From Botryllus schlosseri (taxonomy: Eukaryota), in assembly GCA_051294905.1 (NCBI GenBank), contig CM119373.1, forward strand, positions 2,294,001-2,358,000: 64,000 nt of DNA, written 5' to 3'. The translations under genes were made by a program, and so were the position numbers. The notes under the pieces were generated by a model. That model did no database searches. It was not told where the DNA came from and saw only the letters and a program-made list of their open reading frames with translations. Each line of letters opens with the position of its first letter. Position 1 is the stretch's first letter. Positions 37,536 to 49,780 of this stretch are shown in pieces.

Positions 37536-38109
37536 TTGTTTTTCAAAGCGGGTGGAAATGGTGGAAATTCATATTTACGTTTGAAAATACTTCAGGCAGC
37601 GTCATACGTGTATAGAACACGTCAAATTGAATTACTCCCCCAAAAGTGGTAAATTACCTCATGGGGGTAATCATCCCCAGGTTAAGAACCACTGTATCAG
37701 ACACTATATCAAACCCGCTCACGTTACCAATGGTGAGTATACAGAAAACCAAAGAAATTGCGTCAATAAAAGAGTGAATCACGGCGAGCGCGATAAGATC
37801 GGTTAGCGATGTTTGCTACTTCACACGTTGAACGAAGATATACGACAGCCGTCGAGTATATCAATACAACATGGCGGCATTTGCGCTGCGTATCGAATAT
37901 TCGCTCAGATTATGTCAACACGATTCGACAGGATGTCATGTATACTGCTGCCTGTGCACCAAACGCGTAGTTATATACTTGACGGTAATTGCGGTTAGAC
38001 GCTTGCAAAACACCTCGTGAAAATTGAGTTGACAGCTACGCCGTAACGGCGCGCAAATACTTGAGATTTGATAATCTGACTATTTGGTTTTAGTTAGACT
38101 TATACAAAC

Positions 38110-38590
38110 AACTGGATTTTTAAAACGCGAAACTAGAGCTAGAACTACAATCCCTCACTTTTTAAAACTCACAACTAGAACTAACGACCTTGAAAGATCC
38201 GCAACTAATAAACTAAAACACATCCAACTAATAATACCTGACGATACGAATTAGCGAATTGCAAATTAGATAGGAAACATTAGAAATAGTATCGGCATTT
38301 CAAAAGTCCGGGGTTTCGAGTTTGAAATAGGAGTTTCGACTCCCAAAACCCAGCCCCGGCTACGCCAACGCTCGTAGTGACGACTCTGAGCTAGCAATGC
38401 CTGCAAGAACATCACACAACAGAACACCGGTAACGCGATTCACGACAAACGACAACACGTGTTTTTCAGTTCGGCAACTAATTTGTTTCAAATGCGCAAC
38501 TAGAACCAGAATTCGTACTAATCACTTTTCAAACTAGAACTAGATGAACTCAGAAAACCAGTAGCTAGTTGACCGTCAACTATCTATATT
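38110..38590 (+). repeat. AACTAG-rich DNA-transposon-like repeat (other copies 4600-4950 +, 11690-12005 -, 12685-12850 -)
   Basis: Shared blocks ATCGGCATTTCA, GGCTACGCCA, ACTCTGAGCTA.CAATG.CTGCAA.AACATCACA, ATGCGCAACTAGAA and terminal TAGTTGACCGTCAACTA. Confidence 0.75.
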
Positions 38591-38951
38591 GCTGGTATGT
38601 GCAATGTAAGTCTTAAAATTGGAAAGTTAGCACGACAGTCACATAGGTTAGGCTAATTTAGTTGTGCAATAAAAGGTCTGTCATAGCACTGGCTTTGAAA
38701 TCCAGCCCGCAAAGCGGTTAGTTCCTTCAAGCAAAGCATCTGATTACGTTCCATCAATGGAATAACGATCTGCTAGCTTCCGGACATAATTTTAATTTGG
38801 ATTTGTACGCTAAGTTAAACCGACGTACATCCGATTTCACATAAGCGTGCAATAAAAACTATTCAAGTGTTCACTAAAATTCGCTTACGCCTACCGTGAC
38901 GCTGCTTTAAAGACTTATCCTACCAGATAAGACTCTCGGGGGCACAATACA

Positions 38952-39056
38952 CGATTGAATAGTATATTCATATTGAAATATACCCGGATATATTCAGCGA
39001 GCTCACGTCAGGGGTAATCGTCAGCAACTAGTAGAGAATTGGAATGAACATTGTAA
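38952..39056 (-). mobile_element. Solo Penelope pLTR fragment with degenerate hammerhead
   Basis: CAATGTTC..TCCAATTCTCTACTAGTTGCTGACGATTACCCCTGACG is nearly identical to the 36.9-kb copy; the stem II/GAAA region is mutated; the tail is present. Confidence 0.8.
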
Positions 39057-39377
39057 ATTCCCTCCCAAGGGTAACCCCTCCAAGTTCTTTGCCTCAGTCC
39101 CACGTTATGAGTTTTCGACTTGGAGCGAGACTGAAAAATGCATAAACATCATTCACAAGTTGAACCTCGTTTGCTATTGTCCCTTGATATTTCGTGAAGT
39201 AACTTCACGAAACCTGTAGCGTCGATTATATCGATTTTTGTCAGGTTTGCAAATATCTACGAAAATCTTTGTAGCCGCAGAAATAATTTGTCCACATGGC
39301 TGATTACAGCGGATTTGGACAACTCGGTAATCCTAGTTGCATAGTTCGACTAACCAGAGAGAGAATTGCCCGTGATC

Positions 39378-39745
39378 GAATTCCAATTTAAATTGTGAAA
39401 TGGTTCTAAGCTATTATTCTAATTCTAATCTAATATCTGAGTTCCGTGAATATGCTGCAGGAGAAGTGTATAGTGCGAAACGAGCAAAGCTTGCTGTACA
39501 GACATTTGTCATTCTCGTGCATATGAAAACGGCCTCTAATTTGATAGGAACTGAACTTATTCAATTTAAGAGTTTTCGCGAATCCAGTAATTCCAATTCT
39601 AAACTTATTCGGAAAAACTGTTTAGCGATAACTCTAATTCTAATCTAATACGGAAAAAATGTGCAGCAATAATTCTAATTCCAGTTTAATATGGTAACAA
39701 CTTTAGCTATAATTCCAATTCTAAACTAATGTAGAAAAGTTTGGA
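39378..39745 (+). repeat. 42-bp-minisatellite element
   Basis: Core TATAGTGCGAAACGAGCAAAGCTTGCTGTACAGACATTTGTCATTCTCGTGC plus arrays. Confidence 0.82.
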
Positions 39746-40276
39746 TTATAACACATTTGATTAATGACATACCGACCCTGCTGAAACGGAGGATTCTACT
39801 CGTTATAAACTCCGAACGAACAATAACTAACAACAAACTAACTAACGACAACTGTGAAAGACTATCTCACATATAAACGCACACATTGACTCGTAGATTA
39901 TCGCACTGATTTTATGCCATCTTATCAATCGTAAGCGTTGATGTCATGTACCTTGAGGCTGTCCATGATGACGGTAGCCCGATAACGCTCGGCGTGCCAA
40001 CAGGTTCGCTAAAACACAATCGCTAGCCGGCCGAACGCATTACGTGCTGTAGGCCTACTCACCGTATGTAACTTATGTTTAATATTTGAAATATACTTAT
40101 ATATCAAGAGAAACGACTACCAGCAGATCAATTAGGCTGCAGAAGGAAATGCATTTTTCTCAGCATATGGCCGTCCAATTATATCTGAAGAAGTCCACAA
40201 TACTACGTCAAAAGCGGAACGAAGACGAACTAGCCGAACTCTCCAATGGATCAACTAGCTTAGTGGCATCACACAC

Positions 40277-40302
40277 TATATATATATATATATATATATA
40301 TA
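40277..40302. repeat. (TA)13 microsatellite
   Basis: Direct reading. Confidence 0.95.
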
Positions 40303-41460
40303 TGCCTTAACGATCTAAACTCGGTCTGGGTTCACATGTCCAAGAAAGGGGGAGCATGTGTAGTAGCCTAAATTGTGACCAGAATGATAGTTGGCGCTAG
40401 CAACCGGCTATTTCAATGGGCAGCAGATAAGATGACCCACGACCTAATATTTAGATGCAACGTAATATAACGATTCATAGGAGGTAAGACTAAGACAGCA
40501 ATGTGCTTGCTGTAAATTCATTTAAACAACCTCAGATACTTCCTTAGGCGCACGGGCAAACAGAACTTGTTACTGATGTAACGAGATGAAAACAACTTTA
40601 ATTGTGGTAAATCAAGAAATTCGTAAGTGCCAAAATAGAGCCGACTGGCCGAACTCAAAATTCCGGTGCAAACCAACATGAAAATGCGCCAAAATTCCGA
40701 TATATGGGCTTCTAAATGTGTCAGAAGCCAACATTGGTGTACAGGTGGAATGAATTCCTGTTGATCAACTGTGACGTCACACGGGTGCTAGTAACTGGTA
40801 GGAGCTGTATCCCGCTGCAAAATAGATTCCATGCATCAATGTTCGTTCACATACTCTTAGCTTTGGCGACACGCAATCAATGTAACTAACGGAAATTTCG
40901 CATGAAGGCGTTAAACCGATGCAAATCCTCTCAAATTGAAACCGCCTAGTATTATATCCTCCCGTTATAATTTGAAACTAGTAGCTATCAATACAGTATG
41001 ACGAACCAGTAGGCCTACTACTAATAATGCTGCGTAGGCTATTTACCATACCATTACCAATTAAGCGTTTACAGCAATAACATTATACCCGTTAATTGGG
41101 AAGACAGCCCTTTCAAAACCAGCCACCCTTTCACGTCCATTATGATACCAGGTAACCGGTTAGGCTTATGCGCCTAACGTGGGAAATAAACGTCGATGTT
41201 AACGCATACATTAATTACATCGTAAAAGATACCGCGTACGGCACGACGTATTGAAAAATCAGTTACGACAACACTAGTATAACGACAGACGTCCCTTCAA
41301 AAATAATGGCCCGGCATTCGAATCGCAGACACCATCTGCGCGATTAGCTTCTACATCTATCCTAATGCTAGTAAGATAGAGAAGTCTTAAGTATACTTTG
41401 GAATCCAAATCCTACTATATATCCAATGGATAGCTTCTTGGTGGTACAGAACTGCAATAT

Positions 41461-41580
41461 GCAATTGAACAATACATTCATGTTGAAACCCGAATATTTT
41501 CGGCTGTCATTCGTCAGGGGTAATTTATTTAATGTGAATATTTCAATATGAATTTATCATTCAATATACAATATACAATA
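41461..41580. mobile_element. Penelope pLTR end (minus-strand hammerhead 41488-41524) with a partial inverted tail
   Basis: The minus strand reads ATTACCCCTGACGAATGACAGCCGAAAATATTCGGGT: core intact, G10.1 changed to A, upstream GCTGACG missing. It is followed by the plus-strand tail TTTCAATATGAAT...ATTCAAT. Confidence 0.72.
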
Positions 41581-41719
41581 CTTATACATGTATAGTTTTT
41601 ACAACGGAATCCTAATCCAGAGACCTCGGCAATAGTCTGTATTCGGGAATGAATCAAGTTTCCTCAATATGGCCACGTAATTTGAAGGCATTCAAACTTT
41701 TCTATCCGAAGTCAAATTC

Positions 41720-41850
41720 TAATTAGGCCTGGGTGGGTGTCTGATTTCAAAGACTACTCCAAGTCGTTTCGACACCTTCCTATCTTTTCATTGTATCGCA
41801 GTCTCGCTGCGTTTTGAAATGATGAAATGATTATTAAACTTATGCCGATG
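41720..41850 (+). repeat. Interspersed repeat shared with 48885-49020
   Basis: TTAGGCC..GGTGGGTGTCTGATTT.AAAGA...CTCCAAGTCGTTT in both places. Confidence 0.65.
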
Positions 41851-44359
41851 CTGAAGTACGCCTCCTAATCCATACTTATCTAGCTAAGATCTAATCTCGA
41901 AGTAACTAACCGGCTCTACGCTAACGCTCACAACAACAATGAGCGGCTTTACGGTACTTTACCGGCCATAGTCACACCCTGCCTTCACACTTCAAGAACT
42001 GCTTATTTTGAAATGGCTGTATAATCACAACTCTCTCCGAGCCACATAATTGCTCTATTTTTAGTCCGAGCGAGGATACTTGTTTTTCGCAATGAGAAAG
42101 GTCAAATTCAGTCAAGCGTACAAATACTTCAACCCCGGGATGAGTAGTGTCACCTGTATGAAATGCATTCAATCGCTAAGATAGCCGGCTGATATTATAT
42201 ATCCGTCTGTGTTTGCCGTTTCCACAGCTGCGCGACATCGCGAAAGTTAATTTGGGCTGTCTAAATACGTAGAGAAGAATACTGTTTGCGATTCCAGATT
42301 ATGTCTTGTTTCCAAAGCGAATCTGTACTTTGATGTTCTATGATATGCCCTTTACACTGCATGAGCTGCATCTTATAGAACGACTACGGTATTGGCGATG
42401 TGCATGTGCAGTGCACGTATGCTATTTACTAGCGAAAAGCGTTGCAACCGTGGATAACACCGAAGTATTGAGAAGTAATTGCTGTAGCCTAGATAAGAAA
42501 CAAGATTTCGCACCAAGAAGGCAGGTAACTTTAAAATAAGTAACAAAGCTGGCTCACCTATTAGCCTATGTATTCCGCATGCACAGCGTATATTATTGAA
42601 ATCTACACGTTCTTCTGAGTGTAAATGATCGTGTTCGAGTACAATCTCTGGCTACACAGGAGTACAAATGTTAACACTGTTGATGTTGCAGTTACATTTC
42701 GCAAGTGAGAACGGGATATGTAGAATCATGAATCAATACTCGAAATAATCGCGTCCAGGTACGAACAAATTAATTCGTGGGTCATGTTGGTTCACTGGAT
42801 TTCGTTTACTCAACAGCAGCGGCGAACGAAAACCATGGGCAGCAAATGTCATGTCGTAAACCAGTGGCTCTTAAAACTTCACTGTCCTGGGGAACAGACT
42901 TACGCTGATCCGTCAGTCGTAAAAACAATAAAATTTAACACAATACACATCTAACTACGCGTCCAACACATCGCACTAGATTAAAATGGACTGTGCATCA
43001 ACATGGCGTTAAAAGAACCATTAAAATATGATCTTCACACAAAACGAAAACATTATAATGAAACGCAACAACGTGACACCAATTGTTTGATTGCAAATGG
43101 TCTTATGAATATTAGAGACTGAATATGCATTTCAAAAGGACTGCGTTCCGATTTCGAACCCAGCTCCCTGTGTGTGCCATTGTACAGTACACGTCGTACC
43201 GCCACAACCGTCACGATTCGACTACATGTCGGGTATAATTGCGTGCAACCAATGAATGTAATGGCAATCGTAGAAATTTTGATTTGTTGCGGCTTGGAAC
43301 ACCGACATTATTATGATAGCAGTTTGTCCATTCGAGGCCTACGATAAACAAGTTAAACTGTTATCGTAGGCTCCGGTCCATTCCTTACCACTGTTGTACC
43401 GCCACATTATTTTATGATGATGGACTTCATCTTACGTACTATGATAATATATTTTCATCTGAATTGCTTTATCATAATCTTCCTTCGCTGTAATGCTATT
43501 AGCCAGGCGGTATTCTGAAACTGGAAGCGCTATTCCCGACCGCACAGTGTGCCTTGGCAAGCATGTAACTGACCTTCGAGTGGTTAACCGACCGAAGCTG
43601 CACTGTAATTAATAGCTGTGCGCGCAGTCGATATATCTCACGAATGATCTCAAGTTCGGCTAACATAATTACAAGTTGAGACAGATTTACTACATACATA
43701 TACTTGCTGCAAATATCGGCATACGGTGAACGTACCTGAGCTTTTGCATCTCAGACAAGATAATGCTAAGCATGAGCGAATAAGCATTGCTGATGACTGC
43801 ATCCTAGCACCTATTGTTTCGAAACAAAGGAGCTATCGCACGTCTGGTTGCGTCTGGAGCTGTGAAAGTTTGAAGCTAAAACGGCTTACCGCTCATCCGT
43901 TATTGCTCGATGCTCTGTTCATCCCTGTCAATCTTATCGATATTGGGCGATAATAATTGATACTGGTACCTTATAATTTAGGTTCTGAAGAACTCGGAAC
44001 GGAAGTTTCCAGTTTGATAAAATTTTAGATAGAATTCCGTATAGGTACAAAGCTTTATACTATCGCAACGAGCAGTATGTTCAATTGTGCATATTACCAA
44101 ATGTATTCCACTCGAAGATGAGTAAGATGTTGGTGCCAGCGACATTGCCCTGACACCACTTATAGCTCAAACTTACGAATTTCCGGTAAAAACATAGTGT
44201 TGGTGCATATACTGTCTTAACCCTGTCATCTCGGATTTGACAGAAACCTGTAATCCTATCATAATCAAAAATACTTCTTCGCAGGAGGATAGCCTAGCTC
44301 AAAGGTGCTGTGCAGCCTTCTTGGCAAATGGGACAGATATAATATCGTGATGAGACATA

Positions 44360-44700
44360 AAGGCGCGTAGCCAGCCGAAAAAGAAGGAGGGGTTTAGAAA
44401 TAAAAAGGAGGGGTTGCGATTTTTTGTCGAATTTACTAATATAGCATCAATTCGTTCATTACGCTTAAGTACAAGCGTAAATGACGATTATACAATCTCC
44501 TCGTGTTGACGATTATACGCGCATGACAAGCTTGTCGACGAGACCGGAAGTGCTGTTAATTAGCGACTCTCTGATCTGTCGTGAACAATTGAATACCGTT
44601 CATCAACGCGTCTTACGTAGCCTCGGCGACGACTTGTGCAAGCCAAAATGTCCGAGTTTTTATGTCGACCCCCGAAACCCCCCCACTGGCTACGCGCCTG
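44360..44700. mobile_element. MITE with AGGCGCGTAGCCAG TIRs
   Basis: AGGCGCGTAGCCAG (44361) / CTGGCTACGCGCCT (to 44699) with G-rich and C-rich subtermini. No TSD found. Confidence 0.65.
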
Positions 44701-45844
44701 CGAAGTCTTTCTATGTATAGTATGGTAGTTGCAACGCACAAACTCTCGTTAAGAATCGGTAACATTGATGGCAATTTAATTGTATTTCGGACTTCACATA
44801 ACAATCGTGAAAATCTTTGAGAAATCGCGCCAAGCGTGAACAAATCTTTCCGCTTCTTGAATAGATTTTGTCAAAACTATACACACCTGGCCCGCACACC
44901 TATCCTACCGATATTGTCGTCAAGCTTGTAGTCGAACTAGTCTTTTCAGTCTCCTGATTCAAGCAGTATCACATTAACCCTTCGCATAAATCCCACCTCT
45001 TTCTCTCAGGATATTCCGAGTGTACGTACTGTAGTCAGGGTCAAATTCAGTCGTTCCTCTTCTGCGCAAAGCTGTTACTGAACTACTTCTTGTACGAGCT
45101 GTTGTTGACTGAATTGCACTGAATTTAAACTTGGCGAGGATGCTTGACTTCGGTCAGTTCGAATATGAGAGGGAAGTTGTGTATTTTTAAAAGTTAGGCC
45201 GATGCGGGTGACTAGAGCGCAGGTATCTTAACTTAATAAAGTTGAAACAATTTACGCTAAAACGAAAAGTGAGACAAATTCCTTTACGGCTGCGAGGGTG
45301 AAGTAATTATTTATTCGATAGGTTGAGAGAATGGAAGTTGTTGGTATTGGCAATGTTTACAATTATTGTGCTCGAACTCCGAACATGGGGATATCAAGTG
45401 TGGAGAAGACTATTCCCATGTCGACGCAGGATACACAAACGTAATAATAAGTTTCGGGTATGCTATTGGCTTCTCTGCATTACGAACAGTTGGTGCAAGA
45501 CTACAGCAGAAAAGCGTTCTGTAGCTAGCATCTGTTTTCAAACGCACTTATGAAGACACTCTTGGAGGTACAGAAGTTCAATATAGAATTGGATATTATA
45601 TTCATATAGAAATAATATGAACATATTATTCAAAGGCGCTTTTGTAGATATTAAATGTTCGAGCCGTGGATGAACATGGCTTCCTCTCATGAATTGAAAG
45701 TTTTTACAACATGGCATCAGTAAAACCACAGGCGTTACGATATCAAAGCGCGGCAAATTAGTCTGCTCACCAAATAATCACCATACAGTCGATACTGAAG
45801 CCCGACCGATTTATAATCGGTTTGGTGATCATACCAAGTTGATA

Positions 45845-46393
45845 TTACACGGGCAACATACGGCCTGCGCGCCGGACCCGGCCAGCGACGGGATCTTGAG
45901 CGGCCCGTAGACAGTGGATTGAACTGCAGTGTGACTCTACCGCGAATGAAAAATTACAATCTGAAAGCATTGACAAATTTTATGCGAATAAATTCAACGT
46001 TGCCAACCCAAGAAAGATGGCCATGAAACTACTTGTTTTGTTCGGGCCTATATATATAAACATTTGCGAGCAAAGATTTTCGACCATGAACATCCACAAG
46101 ACGAAGCTGCATCCCAATCTGACTGATGTTCACGTGCAGTCTTTACTAAGGGGTTCAACATCCGACATGCAGCTAGAGTTCAAAGGACTTGTTAACAACT
46201 TTGATCGACCACAGATGTCTCATTGCCTTCAACAGCTATTGCAGTATGCCTACATTACGTCAATAAATTCATCGAATACTGATTTTGGTCTATATGCTTT
46301 TAAATATCTTGTATAGGGGGATCAAGATAAACAGGCGATTAATGTATCGATTCAGGAATCAGGCTCGCCGGCAGGAGAAGTTGCCCGCCCCTA
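45845..46393 (+). mobile_element. hAT (Charlie/SPIN-like) deletion derivative, about 550 bp
   Basis: Decayed left end CGGGCAACATACGGCCTGCGCGCCGGACCCGGCC, right end GTTGCCCGCCCCTA, transposase tail inside. No TSD seen. Confidence 0.8.
45918..46223 (+). pseudogene. hAT transposase C-terminal dimerisation-domain fragment
   Basis: Open frame IELQCDS...DKFYA...RKMAMKLLVLFGPIYINICEQRFSTMNIHKTKLHPNLTDVHVQSLLRGSTSDMQLEFKGLVNNFDRPQMSH matches the GTF2IRD2/EPM2AIP1-like FGSTYxCEQxFSxM..NK...RSxLTDxHL..LLR pattern. Confidence 0.85.
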
Positions 46394-47229
46394 CTTTAAA
46401 CTAAACATTGGTATCGGTAACGAATATTAACATTCGATAGTATCGGCTATTAGAGCTAGCAAATATCGGCTATTTTAGTGGGAGAGAGAACTGTAATCGA
46501 CGACTACTGTAGACTATGAATATTGATATATCTCGTATAATATGCATGTGTCCAGATTTAGTTTTTCGAGTTCATTTCAAGTCCAATCATAACAATGGCT
46601 GCAAATCTGTTCAAATTTATTGTCAGGAGCTTTGGAAATGCGCCTAGGTCGATGTTACATGTTTTGAATATATAGGCTGAATATATCGGGTTGATCTTTG
46701 AAGGTGCTAGATATCGATTGTATTGGTATCGGATCAAAAATCTGATATCTTTCTAGCTCTAGTTACGACATCACAGTTTTCATGTTTATATAATCATTCT
46801 CAATGGATGCATGATTTTAGAAGTAAACAAAATCGTCTTTCACTAATCAACTAGAATTGTTTTGCCCCACCCTGGTCATGAAATTAACGCGCTAAACGCA
46901 AAAAATCCACTTTAAAAGATATCCTACCGCAACGCAAACAATGGGTTTATGCATACGAGCCTTTGAAGTCGCGCTCACCCGCAGACAGAATTTCCCGATT
47001 GAAGGAACTTGAAAGTGCTTTCTCGGCGCCGCCTATTTGATCTACACCCGCCAAGTCATGGAGTTGAAACGTTGAGTATTGGGTCACGAATTTATTCAGC
47101 GAAATTCTAAATCGATGATTGAGTACCTGAACGATCTCCCTTTAAGCTTGTTAAATATGAATCATCGGCTGTTGTATTTACACTCGGCTACTGACCATCG
47201 CGCAAAATACTAGTTTGAAGCTGTGGCCA

Positions 47230-47990
47230 GAATCGGACTACTGCAAAACTTTTGGGTTTTCCAAATAAGATTCGAATTATAGGTGCACATTTTTTTCATT
47301 CAAATTAGACTAAAATTAGAATTATAGTTGAACAGTTATTTTTTCAAATAAGATTTGAATTAGAATTATAGCCACACAGTTTTCTACTATAAACTATACT
47401 ACAATTAGAACTGTAGTTCCACATCTTTCCAAATAATATTAGAATTAGAAACATAACTACACAATTTTTTCCAAGTTAGACTAAAATTATAATTATAGCT
47501 ACACAGTTTCTTCCAAATTAGACTAAAACTAGAGTTATAGTTACACAACATTTTTCAAATAAGATTAGAATCAGAAATATAGCTACACAGTTTTTTTCCA
47601 AATTATACTAGATTTAGAACTATGGTTTTGCATTTTTGTGCAAATAAGATTCGAATTACAATTACAGCTACACAATGTTTTCCACATTAGATTACAATTA
47701 TAATGACTGAATTCGAGATAGTTTAGGAATGTATAGTCAAGCTCAGTTCACATCAAAGCAGAGTTGAATCTCATAAGCAAGAGAATGACAGATGCATATA
47801 TATAATTGTACATGTACACTGTACGTACAGGTACACTTGTACAGCAAGCTTGACTCGTTTCGCACTATGCAGTTTTCCTGTAGCGTTTTCAGGAGAAGCA
47901 GAAATTAGTTTAATGTAAAATTAGAGCATAGAGACATTTGACAAATTACATTATAATTTCATTTAGATTATCGGCATTTAGCCTAATTAT
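47230..47990 (-). repeat. 42-bp-minisatellite element with the longest array (about 11 units, 47240-47710)
   Basis: Unit TTCCAAATTAGACTAGAATTAGAATTATAGCTACACAGTTTT with starts at 47471, 47513, 47555; core at 47770-47890. Confidence 0.88.
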
Positions 47991-49780
47991 ACTGTCCAAG
48001 CTGAGGGACGGAGTCCACGCTGTTATAACCGATATGTGCGGCTACACAAAACTGCCTTTTCCAACTCTTGTAGAAGCTGCTATTCAAACCTTGACCACGG
48101 ATTGCAGTTGGGATTCACAAATCACACAGCAAACAACATTATTGAGAAATGGCACGTGACGTCGTGACATGAGATGATACCCCGTGACACTTTATCCAAA
48201 GTTGGACTATTACAATAATCCTCTTATTTATATGATATGTAATGCAGTTGATTACGCGCTCATGCACACGCACGAAAAGCATTAGCATTAGCAGACAGAA
48301 ACTAATTGCATATTATTAAGCTTTACTGCTACGTACAACTGTGATATGTTGGAGTGTGAGAGGCGTCGTTCAATTCATTACATTGAGAAGCCTGCATTAC
48401 AGAAATTCTACATCTACGTCCGATGTCATATCTTTTGCAGAAAATGCTCGGATCAGGACAGAAATACGCTGTTTCTGATTACGAGTTCTCAGATTGTATG
48501 AGATCTTCCAAATTGCTGTGAGGCTATACCAATATACCTGGCATACATATCGTTTTTATTACATAGTCCAGTTGTATAGTCAATCTTGTTAGTCAATTTA
48601 ACGAATTCACAACATCATACACACTCTACTCGGATCAGGATATCAAATTGAGAGTTAGAAATTAGAACATGAAATTATACCATGGGATATTGGGATGTAC
48701 CATACCAATTCTTACAACCATTTATGATTGGTATCTCAGAAACCACCACTAAAATGGAAATCCGATATTGTTGAGAATGTACATCTAATAATTACTGACG
48801 ACCGAGATCAATCTTAACATGCTTAGCGCTGACTATAATATAACTAATGTAAATATTGCTATTTCTCCGAAAACGATATGCTGCTTTAGGCCAAGGTGGG
48901 TGTCTGATTTAAAGATTATGCTCCAAGTCGTTTTGGCACCGTACTATCGTTACGTTGCATCGTAATCTTGTGGTGTTTTGATTTGATGAAAACTTCAATA
49001 AAAAATGATGATGACGAACTTTAGTAGCGCAAAATTTTAAAGAAAGAGGTAGTGAAGGGAATAATGTAAATAGGCATTGCACGTCAAGTGTTCGTTTACT
49101 GTACCGCGCGTTTACAGAAGCTAATTTACCGATCACCTTACGCATGTTTGCAATGAAAATCCATTACATCTTTATCAGGATCCATATCAGTTGAAACGAA
49201 ATTTAAAACTCAATTTAGATCATTTCGGTGAAAACTAACCGGGCAGCCAGGAGAAACACCATAGATGCAATGCTAATCTCAACCACTACTAACACATAAT
49301 GCCGTATTGAACAAGTGTTGTCAACAAAAGGGCGATGATGCAAACATACCAGTATATAGTCGTTTGGATACGGAAATATTCAAAGATCGCAACGGTGGAT
49401 TATAGCGTCGATGAAATCGCCATGAAACGTGGGGAATGAAGATAATTCTTCTCGGAATATGCAATATCCGAAAAGAGATTACTACCACAAACAGAATCTG
49501 GGTAAATTCTCAACATAATAACGTATCATATCGGCACTGTATGTCTCGAACCGAACGATTACGCTCGTGCTCGGTATGCGTGCCGCGAAATTTTGGAAGT
49601 TCGTGTACGCAACTGCAATTCCAGCGTAATCTTGGCATCTTTGATAAATATCTAACTTATAAATTTTCAACTGTAACTCTGTGATGTTCTATTTTTGATG
49701 TGTTTTTCTATCACCTTGTACATGATGCTATTAGTCTTTACGAAGACAGGGGCTATACTTATGTATATCACTGTACACAA

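Larger units (their letters stand above)
36879..37568 (-). mobile_element. 5'-truncated Penelope-like retroelement (endonuclease ORF + 3' pLTR end with hammerhead)
   Basis: A GIY-YIG ORF is followed on the same strand, about 90 nt after its stop, by a hammerhead motif and a tail that recurs elsewhere in the window. No RT domain is present upstream. Confidence 0.9.

Noticed and set aside
47240-47710. Regular 42-bp array, and GACTT arrays at 29 kb, as possible CRISPR
   Set aside because: Units are contiguous, degenerate tandem repeats without unique spacers; eukaryotic context and no cas genes.
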